Assembly (NCBI RefSeq): GCF_000497125.1
Contig: NC_090601.1
Location: forward strand, 1,054,001-1,118,000
Origin: Spironucleus salmonicida
Taxonomy: Eukaryota
Direction of reading: 5' to 3'
Length of the DNA: 64,000 nucleotides
Shown here: positions 1 to 12,297 of the stretch, piece after piece
How the letters are laid out: every line of letters begins with the position of its first letter
Position numbering within the stretch: the stretch's first letter is position 1
The notes under the pieces: model-generated
Databases searched by the model: none
What the model was told of the DNA's origin: nothing
What the model saw: the letters and a program-made list of their open reading frames with translations, nothing else
Program-made: the position numbers and the translations under genes

Positions 1-1197
1 GAACAGGAGTAAAAAGATGTAGTATTAAATCCAAAATATAAGTTATTATTTTATTATGTTTTGATTTTTATAAAGATTAAAAATACTATATGAATATCAA
101 TTATAAAAAATATATAAATCTTTAGTAAATATCAATTATAGAGACAAACATTTACTTAAACTATCAAAACTAAACTATATGTTAATATATTATTAATAAA
201 CTAAACTTTTTATTTTCGAAAATACTAATTATTTAGTAGATGCATATTGAATTAGTTTATGTTACAAATGATGTGCTTATCCAAATACCTATTTAGAATA
301 ACCCCTACACTTCTCTAATATTGCAAAAAGTATATTGTGGACTGTAATATATTCAAAATACTAAGTCGAGTTAATGCGATTGTTGCTTAGGTTGCTCGTA
401 CCACCTAAAATTCTGACTAAAATTATATGATAAAATTAAAGAAAGTATAAAGTTATGCAACTAAAACACGAAAATATATTTCATGAACATTAGAGAAATT
501 ATGCATGAAACAATATCAACAAATAAATGCATACTTATAAATATATTGATAACGCGTAAGGCAAGCTATATACATACTAAAACACGTCCATTATAAACTT
601 ACAACTTCACTAAATATCTAAATAGATGCTTAACTTTAAAACTTAATGAACAATTCGTAATCAAGTATATCACCAAAAATATAGTATGATGTTAGTATAG
701 TTATTATTTAAGCAATGGGGAGCAAGTGGCATATAATCTAATTATCTCTATTGCCGTCGAAATATTTTATATAAAGGCATTTTAGAGGAGTTAATAATAT
801 TTTATATAAAATACTATATATTATACTTGAGTCTACTTGTCTAGTTAAAATGGTATGTGGATTTGGCGTTTTGCTGACTACTATTTTATATTTTACGATA
901 TACGAAACTTCCTATATTATATTTTATGCGTCATACTTATACTAGATGCGCCGTGTTACTAACCATTACCACGATTTGCCACACCTTATTGCCGATATAC
1001 TCAAACGAGTAAGCGAACCTTGCTTGATACTAAACAGGTACATTTGATCTATGCTAGCAGCATACTGCCTGTATAGTCTATGTTGCTTATATTTTTATTT
1101 TAAATAAGTAATCATATATGAAATTTGAAACAATAATACTATACAAAGATAGCTTGACATTAGATATGTGGAACATCACTCCAATATCTCATTTACT

Positions 1198-2769
1198 TCA
1201 TTACTATCTTAATGCAAGTACACTTGTTGCTACCACTGCAACGATAGTTATCAAGCTTATGATTACCCAAAAGTAAATCAAAATAATACTTTTTTGGTCT
1301 ACTATGACATTCAGACTAAGCTGATAGTCGTACTCGTTAGTAATAAAAATACGCGTTATAAATGATTTTTTAAGCTCTTGTATAAAGCCCTTTTGCCGGA
1401 CATGGTAGTCTCCAGGAAAGAATGGAAATTGGCTATGTTCAATCGTATCAGCTTCACTAAAGCACTCAGTAAAAAAGCTCTTATTCTAGATTACTAACCT
1501 CTTCTTATATACTTAGAATTGAATTCTTGACTGTGTGTCGGACGTCATTTACAAAACCTCCTGCTGCTAGGTTAGCACTCCATCTTTGTATTTATCTAAG
1601 CACTCCGGGGTCAAAGTGGGGAATACGATTATGCAAGTATCCTTGAAGCTTACTTAAGTAATAATTTTATAAAAACAGGACTGAATGGGTGCATATTCAA
1701 TAGTTTACTCTGAAATAATTTCCTGGTTTGCGTCATAAAAGCTTATAAATAGTTATTAAGTTTGCCCAGTTAAATTTTGCGTCAATAAAGACATATTCTC
1801 AACATCAAAAAAGAATACAATCCCTGTTCTTTCGGCGAAACCATTTGTTGCCTCTTGTCTTACCTATTATGTTTTCTAAAATACACTTGTTGCCATGATA
1901 AAGCTGCTGCTAATACATGTTTTCAAGCTTGAAAGATCAGCTATGTTTTAGATGGCCGTCGATGTTACTATGGTTATTAGATTTAGATCAGTAATACAGT
2001 TATTTGTATCTGTCTATATCTATATTACCTCTCCAAAGATTTATTAGCTAAGACTCGAACCAGATTACGTATAGTTTAGTGAAAGTCTCATCTTCAACTG
2101 GCGATCTTTCTGAAACTATTTGAAGAAACTTAATAGTGATTATTAAATATCTGCAGACGACGTTTCTGCGAAAATTTGGTAGTTGTGGGTGTCCAGGTGC
2201 ACGAAGGGGAGCTTGTAGTAGGTGGCTGGCGACGATGAGTTTGGGGCGATAGGGATGGAAATCCAAGTGCTGTCTACTTGGTACTGGAACTCCACAGCGG
2301 GTGTGCTGATCTGGCAGTCGTTCGGCTCTGCGTTAATACTCAGGTATGAGTTTCTGGAGCGGTTGTACACAAGAGTTACGTTATTCCAGCAATTTGATGT
2401 GTTAACCATAGTGTGTTAAATTAAGCTAAAAGTACCTGGGACGGATAGTTCTTTTCCTAAGACAATTTCATATGATATTATCGAAAGCTCTGTCATGAAG
2501 TTGAACTATGCCATTTTGACATCATTAAAGGTTATTTCTAATGGTATCCCACTTTGATATGTAAAGTCTGTTGATAAGCTTTAAACTGCACCATCTTAAA
2601 CATAATGCAGTGTGGCGATGGATACGGTATTATTAAAAGCTAAGCAGTGTAATGTTTAGTTTTTGGTAGGAGAAAGATGCAGATAAAACTGGGATCTTTA
2701 GAGTCTTCCAATTAGGGAGGAATCCTCATCAAAGCAGTGAATTTAGTCTTGCAGAATAATAAGCAACAT
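1198..2769 (-). CDS. Type I membrane/surface protein (523 aa), paralog of 33649-35229
   Basis: Open in code 6 from ATG 2769 (MLLIILQDQIHCF) to TGA 1198. C-terminal TM IILIYFWVIISLITIVAVVATSVLAL. Shares VNTSNCW, YQV.STW.SIPIAP and YKLPFVHL with the paralog. Confidence 0.8.
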
Positions 2770-3567
2770 TATTAGAAACTAAAACTTATTATATAAACCA
2801 TCTTAACTATTATAGAGATTTATATTTTGAAAAAATAAATCGTCGTATACTTATAATTATATATTAAATATAATTATAAGAATAAAATTTAATTTAATTT
2901 TCGGTTGTTATAAGCCTAAAAAATTAGATAATACATAGTAATATTACATCTTAGTATAATTCCAGACCATTATTATTAATAAATGTTATTAAAATTAAAA
3001 TAGTCCTAACAGTACAATAAAATATTCTCTTATTCAACAGTGAAAACAAATTAATATATGTAAAGCTGTAAAAGTCCTGTAAAATATTTTTTGTTACTGA
3101 TATTTATCTTAATATTAATATTTTATATTAAAACTAACAAGTGTGATTAAAAACAAAAAATTACAAGATATGAAAGATATTAATTTAGTTCGCTTTTTCA
3201 TTAAATTGTAATGTAAATAATTAATTAAATAATGAATATATTCTATTAATTATTTGTTTTCTTAGTTTATTCCTTTATTGATTTATCTTGGAGTAAATTA
3301 TTATATGCGTATATTAAATATAATAATATTTAAAGCACTCCTATCAAAAAAAATTTATAAGTAGGTACTATTTCGGAGCAGGATCAAGGTTTGACAATAG
3401 TGGTTTTAAAATTTTCAAAACTGTTTGACATAAAATTGACCATGGTCGCCAAGGGCGTCCGGAAATCAAAGATTTCCATTAAATAAATCATTAACTTAAG
3501 CTGCTCAGGGATTAGAGCACAACGCACCCTCTACATACACACAACAAAAATTAAAAATAACACGGTT

Positions 3568-4110
3568 TCACATTCCACACCGTGTTAACCTTTTAGTTAC
3601 TATTTAAAATAGATTCTCAACTAATTTAATAAGTTCCTTTCGTTTATTGTTTTTTAAAACTATATTAATTAATTCTTATAAATAAATCTTACATACTTTA
3701 GATGAAGTTGATTAGTTCTCTTACAGAATCGTATCTAAAATAATCATCGTGTTGTATAGTCTGACGTCACCCTATTTATTACCTTTGAAACAATACTCTG
3801 ATAACGCTACAACTTATTCGACCCTGTCATACAATAATCTATCTGTTAGTGCTAAGGAAATATATATTACTATTAGTATTTTACTATAATGTTCAAACTT
3901 TAATAGTGACGATTGCATGTTATTATAATTGGTTTGGCTGAAGTTTGCTTTAGATGGAGGTTCAACATCAGAGCTTTTTGGAAGTACTTCAATATTCTTG
4001 ATAACTTCTTTTGAGTAGTCTTCTAAGCTTTCTTACTTCTACATAACCTATATCGCTTCTTTGTAAGTTGGTTTTGTTTCTTGATCTTTAACTATTGCTT
4101 ATCGATCCAT
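3568..4110 (-). CDS. Element-associated hypothetical protein (180 aa)
   Basis: Code-6 ORF MDRQAIVKDQETKPTYKEA...NNKRKELIKLVENLFQIVTKRLTRCGM*, co-oriented with the ATPase and pPolB. Confidence 0.55.
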
Positions 4111-4217
4111 TTTTGTTTATTAAAAAAAGGTTTCTTTAAAATATACGTTATGATCTTTAAGAAGTGGAAGCCCAAAGGCGACCATAGTTATTTGGTTTTT
4201 GCTTAAATCCTTTTGGA

Positions 4218-4625
4218 TCAGAAATATAGTTCTCTTGAAGCTGGCTCAATAGCTTAAATAGCTTTCACTTGTTTTTCATCTAATAAATATTAGATTTGTT
4301 TATAGTATGTACCAAACTGACATGTTTCAATCTTGTTAATTATTATATACTTGCTATAGGCTTGCTTAGTGCTAAGTACATCAGGAGTATTATAATAGTT
4401 CTATTGTGTAAGTTCTTAAGGTAACACAGCTATTACTTGTTTATCTTTATTAAGCAATCTTATTTATTCAACTTTGTTATATACTTTATTACTTTCAAAT
4501 TTCTGCTTAGTACTAGTTTCATTAGTTATTTTTATGGGTTCATTGTTTACTATTACTTCGATGAATGCGAGATCGTCTCTTTTGTTTTCTTCAATCAGTA
4601 GTTTTATATTTATGAACTTTACCAT
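4218..4625 (-). CDS. Element-associated hypothetical protein (135 aa)
   Basis: Code-6 ORF MVKFINIKLLIEENKRDDLAFIEVIVNNEPIKI...EPASRELYF*, directly downstream of the ATPase. Confidence 0.55.
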
Positions 4626-4685
4626 TTCTTTGGTTAAAAAAATGAAGGTACTATCATTTAAATGTAGATAAAAATTAACAGATAC

Positions 4686-5655
4686 TCACTTAACTTGCTT
4701 ATCAAAGTTTATAAAGATCATTGGGTCTGGTTAAATAATTATATATAAAAAACTATATTTGAACTGTCCTCTCTTCGAATAGTCGTTTCCAAAATAACCA
4801 ATGGATCTATTATACAATTCAATAAACTATTTCGATTCGAATTCTTAACTTGTTATCCTTCCAATATCCTCAAAGATATATTTTATATGTTCTTCCTTGA
4901 GACCATTCATTAACAAGAAAGCTGTAAACAACTATCTAAAAGGTACATACAGTATCTTAATAGAATATAAACATGAAATGGTTGCCCAAATCCCAAGATG
5001 TCTTCTTTAAATAATTAGTTTATAGAAATCAGATTCAGTTGTAGTTTGGGATACTGAACTTCCACTCATGTCATCTAATAATAAAACTATTTTTTATCTT
5101 CGTATCCAATATTTATTATACCGTAAACCAATTTATTCATACAGCAATGACATATACTAATCAACATCATCACCTAAACAGTCTTTCTATAAAACTAAGC
5201 ATTCTTAATACTGTTGCTTTACCCATTCGAATTGTGAAAATATGTTTTTGAAAACTTGGAAGAATAGTTTTTGATCTCCATTTTTTAATTTCTTTATCTT
5301 TTAAAGTAGTTCGTATCTAATCTTATATTATCAATCATAGATTTATAATGGTTTTCATTTTCTATAATTCTTAACATAACATTAATAACTTTTATTTTGA
5401 TGTCATTCCGTTCGAATCAACAAATGGTATATTAATTCTATTGTCTTTGCTTTTTGATTTTTAATAAGTTTAATCACAATCGATAGTTGGACTTAAGAAG
5501 AACGTATGAGTTATAGCTCCATTATTTAAATGAGCATCATCTAAATTATACTTTGATAGTTTACTTTAATCTTAATACGCTTAATTTATCTTATTCATCG
5601 AAGACGTATTGCCTGTTCCTGCTGAACCCATAAGTGCAAAATAACTGTAACCCAT
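4686..5655 (-). pseudogene. A32/FtsK-like virion DNA packaging ATPase, disrupted
   Basis: Walker A-like FALMGSAGTGNTS (catalytic K replaced by N), ITHTFFLSPT, Walker B IVLLLDD, arginine-finger IQRRHLGI, C-terminal KYSFLYI...INFDKQVK*. Span is not a multiple of 3, with the frame broken at ~5330-5400. Confidence 0.85.
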
Positions 5656-5872
5656 TATTTCAATTTAGACCCTCTGAGGTCCGGATGGTTGCGTCCGAGT
5701 ATTTTTTTGTTTTTTATATCAAAAATTGAATTTCGTCTGATTGGATATTGTACTCCATGGGCGCTGAAGGCGTCCGGGAAGCTTTGCTTTCCATGCTGTT
5801 TTATTAATCCAAAAAATGAACGACTAAAGTGATTCGCTAAAGTGAATCGGACTCCAAAATGGATTACATGAA

Positions 5873-8800
5873 TCACGATTATACTTTATCATATCCAAAA
5901 GGTAGTGTCGATATTTAACCAGCTCTTGAACTAAAATCAATAAGCCTCTTTTATTACTATTACCTAATTACTTTATATCTTGTGTGAGTGTATATGTTAT
6001 ATATTTTATTATCTCTTATAAAGTTTAGATCTTTTTACTTTTATCTCAGCGTTTGAGTCTCTCTTTTAAATACTACCGTCCTCGTTAACCTATATTTAAT
6101 CAAACAGTATTGGTTTATAAATATCGAACACATGAACAAGCTTCCCTTCTTCTGTTTCAATAATACCTGTTTTTTCTAAGGTGATACCTTTTGGTGTTTA
6201 TGCATATCTAACTCCATCTGTATATGCATATTACTTCGCTCCTATACAAACCCATTCATTTGGATCAAGTTTCTATTCGCATTTGCAAGAGTATGTGTTC
6301 TTGAATGTTACTGAAGTTAAGTTTGTGTACTTTACTCTATCTAAAACACAGTAAACTGAATCTGTATCAGCGTATAAGACAGTTCCTTTTAATTCATCAT
6401 TTACATATCTTATTAATGTATAACGCATAGTTCTTGCTACTGTTGTTATCGTTCCTGCCAAGGATGCATTTGATTAGGTTCTTTATGTTTATTACAACTC
6501 TTATTCGTATGCATAAGTATTCTTAATCATACTTATCCAATTAATTCAATTTATAATTCTTATGCAGCTCTTCGTCATGCATACCAAAAAGGAATTCACC
6601 CTTATCAAACGACTCCGTTGGTATTACAACATTCTAGCCTGTCTTACCATACGTTGAATTTAACAATAGTTTATAGAAGGTCTTTACTCCTTGGTTTAGT
6701 TTAAGTTACCTATATTCAACTCCACTCTTTTATTTGATTGATGCTATGCCATCGTTATAAATATAGTCAAAGGTACAATCATTTGCTAATTGCTTTAGTA
6801 CAGCTTCATCCTTATAATCATCTTGATCTGAGTTCAGTGTCTTGTTGAACATCTATGAATTAATGAAGTTTCCTCCTTAATATTAGTTATCATTAAAACT
6901 TGATGTTTAGTAAGTGTGTGCCTCGTATTTCTCCCCGAACTTATGTCCTTCGTATAAAGCATTTATCAATTCAGTTCCATGCCATACTCCTGTAAGTATT
7001 ATTTCATCTTCATTGTGGTTGTAACGTGCATGATTGTTTACATCTAAGCATTTCTATTCCGAACATGTTCTGCAAAGTGGATATAGTAACTTAGCACAAA
7101 TGTTAGTTCCTAAAACTGGGTACTTTAATAACTATGGAGGAAGCATTTGACATTTGATTTAGATCAATCTTTTATGGTTATCACATCCTTATAAGAAGTA
7201 CTACAGCATTGCTTCGGAGTTAATGATTCTTGGGATCTATTTAACATACTACTTTACTTAATCAATATACTTTTAATCTATTTTAAATTTGAATTACTTA
7301 ATATTATACTCGTCGTGTATCTTTGAATCATAAATAGTGTTTCCGTAATGCGTTCCAATAACTAAATCTATTAATGGCCAGTTCCCAAATACCATTGCAG
7401 ATGGATACAGCTATATGAAATCAATTCCGTACATCTTAAACTTCTTCTTGTTTATTTTCATGTGATCTGTAAAGCACTATGCTCTTCCTTCAGTCAAAAT
7501 TGATCTGTTGGTTATGTCAACGCGTTTAGGTACTTCTATCTTTACATTGTTATCTTTTTCGAATTGTATACACTGCTTGTGAGTTACGTGAAATATTTAC
7601 ACGAAGCCATTGAGTTTTATTTTATCATTTAAATCTTAAGTTTTATTATTATGAGCTTCTAATCTTTCATGTTATAATATATGATATTCATCTTTGCAAC
7701 TTAGTTCTTTTAATCCATGATAAAAGGTACCATCTAACTCAAGCCCATATTTCTTATTATCAGCCGTTAACACCATGTCAATGTTGTATCTTGATCCTTT
7801 GAATTGCTAGTTATATAAAACATTTAATATTTATTAAAACCAGTATCTAATAATTTATTTACTAATTAAATATCTTATTAAATTAATTAAGACAACTTGC
7901 ATTCACATTTAGATTTGTTATGTTTTAAATCTTAGAATCCATTTTATAATTATGAAACACAATGATGAGTATTTAAGTTCATAGCCATTGCTGGTGCTGT
8001 TAAATAATTAATGATGTTGACTTTTTATTCCTGAAGTGAGATTTCAATTTACTTCCTTATTGCTACAGCTAAAACGAAACAGTCTTGAATGCAGTAGTTT
8101 ACGTATTAAGTAACATAGTCAATATGCCCATACTCAATTACGTACTATTCAAACTCATCTTTTGACAAGTTATTAAAATGTTTTAACTATAGGTTGTTTG
8201 AATCTACAAGTTGTTTTATGGTCATTAGTTTCCCCCCTCTTTCAATAAATTAATCAAACATGTTTTTAGTCAGGTACGTATATGACTGCAGCTGTTTTCC
8301 TACAACAAGTCTCAAATCTAAGTCTTTATTTAATTTAGACAGTGGCATAGGAATGATTCTAAATGAATCTTTAAAATATATATTATCAATTTTAGTTGAA
8401 GTAGTTTGATATTATTAATTATAGTGTCAGTCTTATAGTTTTCAACTCCGCATTTTGATACTTCAGATAGTAATAAATAATTATCATATGCAGCTGCATT
8501 GTGAGCGTAGAAATCGTATACCTTATATTTCATATCTACAAGTTTCATATGATCAATAAACTTAATTAAGAATTAATCATTTGATGGAGTAAAGTTACCA
8601 TGTTGTATAAATGTAAGGTTATTTTTATAAAAGAAGTCTTATTAAGTATATTCATTCTTCGCTCTATCATATTTCATTATACACCAAGATACTAAAAACG
8701 GTATGTGTTGCATTGAAGCTTTGTCTTTTAATTCTTCTGGAACGTTTTCAAAGTAGCTTTCAATATCCCAAACTACGTATGACTTTTAATCTTTCTTAAG

Positions 8801-10713
8801 CAGCCCTTCTTTAAAGTATAACTCATCATGTTATAATTTTGCATAGCAGTTACTCATACTACTATGAATCCTACCACAATTAACACAAGGCGTAAATAAT
8901 TAACAAATATCATTATTTCTTTTTAAGCATTTAGTATTAGGTTCATGGTTTACTCTAATATTGCAATTCTCGCATTAATGATTCATGTTATTTTAATCCA
9001 ATTCATGTTTGTAACAACAGAGCTAACAATAATATTCTTGATCAACTGCTCCTACTAGAACACAGTTTTTACATTTGTTTCTACGGTATGTAAACAATCT
9101 ATGTTAGTAGCAATAATTATAATCTTTGTAGAGTGGTTTGATAGTATTTACGTATTATTTATATTCCATAATTACATTGTAATGCCCTTTGTAATTCGCT
9201 GTTTTGTTTTGAACAAGTAATAAATCTTCTGTACGAGATGGTAAGATATCATTTTAATTTGCTAATGTTAATCTTAGTATATTTAATTCGAATACGCTTC
9301 CTGCTCTTTAAACTATTTCCTCCCCTGATAAATCATCTCCAACAATGCTTATAAATCCAAATAATAACTAAGTAAAGAAATATAGGTTATAACTTTTACA
9401 TTTATTGAATAGTTTCTAAGTTATCTTCCATGACTGAATGCATCTTTAGGAATCATGTATATTTAATTATTAATTTTAAAAGTATATTTACCATTAACAA
9501 TAAGTTGTTTTTTTAATGGATGCTGAAATTATTGCTGCATATAAACACTTTTCATCATTATTTCTAACAAAGAATATTGATCTTTTATAAAGATATTTTA
9601 TTTATTTATCTTCTTCATATGCATTTCCTGAATTTTTGCGAAGTAAGCCTATTTAAAATCCGTAGTCATAAGTCGGATCCCATTCATTAAACATCTTATA
9701 GAACATTTCAAATACCTCAAACAAAGACTCAACTAAATCATCAATATTAATCTCTAAAACTTGCTTAATACCAATATTTGAAAATGATAATTCACCCTTT
9801 AAATTTCTTTATACAGCAAATTTTTGTACTATCCGCCATTATTTCTTTAAATGTTTGTATTTAAACCTCTTTCTCTTAGTTTTAATTTAACAAAATAATG
9901 CGTATAATTTTTTATTGTAAACGATATATTATACTATTATAAAAAGGAATGAGTTAATATTACCGTTAACTCTATCTGCTGACATGTAAAGGTTTCGCCT
10001 GCGTGAACTGTAAAAGACAAATTTCTATCGAATTCAATTAAAAACTATTCTATCGTTTCGCTACGTGGTAAATTCATTTATGGTAAGCTACACTCGGTAT
10101 TAATTCTTTAATTCAACTTAACGTTATCTACATTAAATTAATCATAATATATACTTATTCATTAATTTTAATTTTTGAATCTGATTCCTTAATAGTAGTA
10201 AGTATATTATATATCTATTTAAGTCAGTTTTCGGAAATAACTCCTTAAAGTGTATTCGTATAGATTCTCAAGTACATCTTTAAATTTTTCTATTTTAGCG
10301 TTTAACAAATTAGTTTCTCTAGTTTTATATTGTTGTGAAACGTATTTTTAGTGTAAAGTAATATTTATTAGTTTATTCTGTTTAATCCTTTAAAATAGTT
10401 CTGTGCTTATATTCTTTTTAATATTTGGTGTAGTAATCAATTTTAATTTTATCTGATTGCTAGTGTGACATGATCTTTCTTATTTTAGTATATGTTATTT
10501 TAAGAGAATAGCTTCATTGTAATTTAAGTTATCTTTTGATACTTTATATTTCAGTAATTTAATATGAAGATGCTATAATTTATATTGCTATGATTTTTAG
10601 TAATACTCTTAAAGAGATATCTCTTTCTTCAAGTACTGTTATGAAACTTATTACAATGCTTATAGAATACCTTTAGTGTCTGATTATACAAGTTTGGTGT
10701 GATTGAGCTACAT
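5873..10713 (-). pseudogene. Protein-primed family B DNA polymerase (Polinton/Maverick type), multiply frameshifted
   Basis: N-terminal RNNDEKCLYAAI and Cys-rich region. ExoI VVWDIESY, ExoII YAHNAAAYD, FKDSFRIIPMPLSKL, ExoIII NYCIQDC, nuclease-like insert LELDGTFYHG. Motif A DFIQLYPSAM, MLPP..LKYPVL..KLLYPLCRTC..LTGVWHGTEL, motif B KLLLNSTYGKTGQ, motif C LYADTDSV, terminal TLPFGY. Frame changes near 8380, 6500-6600 and 6060. The 5' start is uncertain (10713 or ~9985). Confidence 0.92.
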
Positions 10714-11155
10714 TTTATATGGGTTTAAAAAATTAATTTGTTAAATTACAGCTTTTTGCTTTTACTATTTTAATCATATTTTATTTTTTGATTTTAAATA
10801 AATAAAATGATCTATAATTTTGATGCTCTGATTTTGTTTAATGCGACCCACCCGCCCAGCAATCTCTAAAGCAATCGCTTTCGGGTCGGGCCGCTTGCTA
10901 TGTTATTTTTCTAAACTATTGGGTTTCTATTTTTTTAATATTTATGTTTATTGATCATTTATTAATCAAATTTGTCTTTGACTGCATTCAATTAATGGAG
11001 TAGTAAGTAATACTTACTAAAAGTATGGTTCAGTCGGCTTCGATTTAAAATACGGCAAGTCATTGTTATGATGACAACACTATCATAAAATGACTTTGGT
11101 GGGTTTAAAACTGAATGCAGCAGAAAGTTGTTTTTGTTCTTAGCTACTTACTCCT

Positions 11156-12189
11156 ATTATATTTATGTCTATAATAAAATGCATTTTGAGTGTAAATTGA
11201 TTCTCATCAGTTACTTTGATGAGGTAGATGAAAATAACATTTACTATCTTAATTTATTGTAAACTTATATATGAATGCATATGAAATAATATCTTCTATG
11301 AGGTTTATATACTACAATTAAGTTCATAATATTATTTTAAGGGATTAATAATTTAAATTTTTGCAAAAATAGCTGGATCATTTATAAGTCAGTGAAATAG
11401 CTTTTATTTAAATTTCTGGCTGAATAAACTTATGCATAGTTGATACTGCCTATTTCTATAGATAAATCTTTTTAAATTTTAATACTATATAGTTATACAT
11501 TTAAACTAATAGGTAATATAATGTCAATAATACGTAGTTGAAAATTCTATCTAATGTTATGGATCTAGAAACCTATTAGTAATGAAAATGCCACCTTGCA
11601 GTTAATGTATCCTATGTTATAGTTGTGATTTAATGAATCTTGACTAACTTAGTGTCATAAAATTTATTTATTATAATATCAATAGTGTTATTATTTTTTA
11701 TCGTCAAATTTTACTTTGGTCTTAACTCCTTTAAGATTAATTTTTTAGGTATTAAAATATATATTGATGTTAAATTTTAAAATACTAAAAGCTTAAGTGC
11801 TAAAATTCATTATTTGAATTATATATTAGTACCATACATTTTACTATTGTATTATATAATAATACAGTAAAAATATATACTTTATTAGGTTTCATTCTAA
11901 CATTCATAAAGTATTTTGTATAGCTACTTAGATATTATCTCTGAACAAATAAAAGATATTCTATTATTATACTACGGAATCAGTATAGCCTGGGTTATTA
12001 GTTAAAATAACCAGTTAATATCAAAAATTTATTTCAATATTAAACAAGATAATTACGAGCTGTTTGCATTCCTATATAAATTTACAATAAATTAAGATAG
12101 TAAATGTTATTTTCATCTACTTCATCAACGCAACTGATGGGAATCAATTTACACTCAAAAATACTTTTATTATGCATATGAATATAATA
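11156..12189. repeat. MITE-like unit: ~125 bp imperfect inverted repeats (11156-11280 / 12065-12189) around an AT-rich spacer
   Basis: ttttgagtgtaaattgattctcatcagtt...gtagatgaaaataacatttactatcttaatttattgtaaa matches the reverse complement of ~12079-12160 with few mismatches. Confidence 0.75.
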
Positions 12190-12297
12190 ATCATATAAAA
12201 TCAAAATGAGTAAAAAATATTAACATTTTCGATAATACAAGACACTAAAAATAGAAATTCGTAGACTCAGTTAACTAAACAATAAAAAGGAAACATT

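Larger units (their letters stand above)
3440..10894 (-). mobile_element. Degenerate, partial Polinton/Maverick-like endogenous viral element
   Basis: Co-oriented pPolB, A32-type ATPase and two orphan ORFs in an AT-rich block. Boundaries are approximate and set at the outermost GC-rich hairpins. No TIR, integrase or capsid was recognised. Confidence 0.85.

Noticed and set aside
5655-5876. 73 aa ORF between pPolB and the ATPase
   Set aside because: GTG start, spans the hairpin-rich intergenic region, no recognisable motif.
10995-11020. AGTAGT and palindrome agtaagta-a-tacttact as a Polinton terminus
   Set aside because: No matching inverted terminus or TSD found at the other side of the element.
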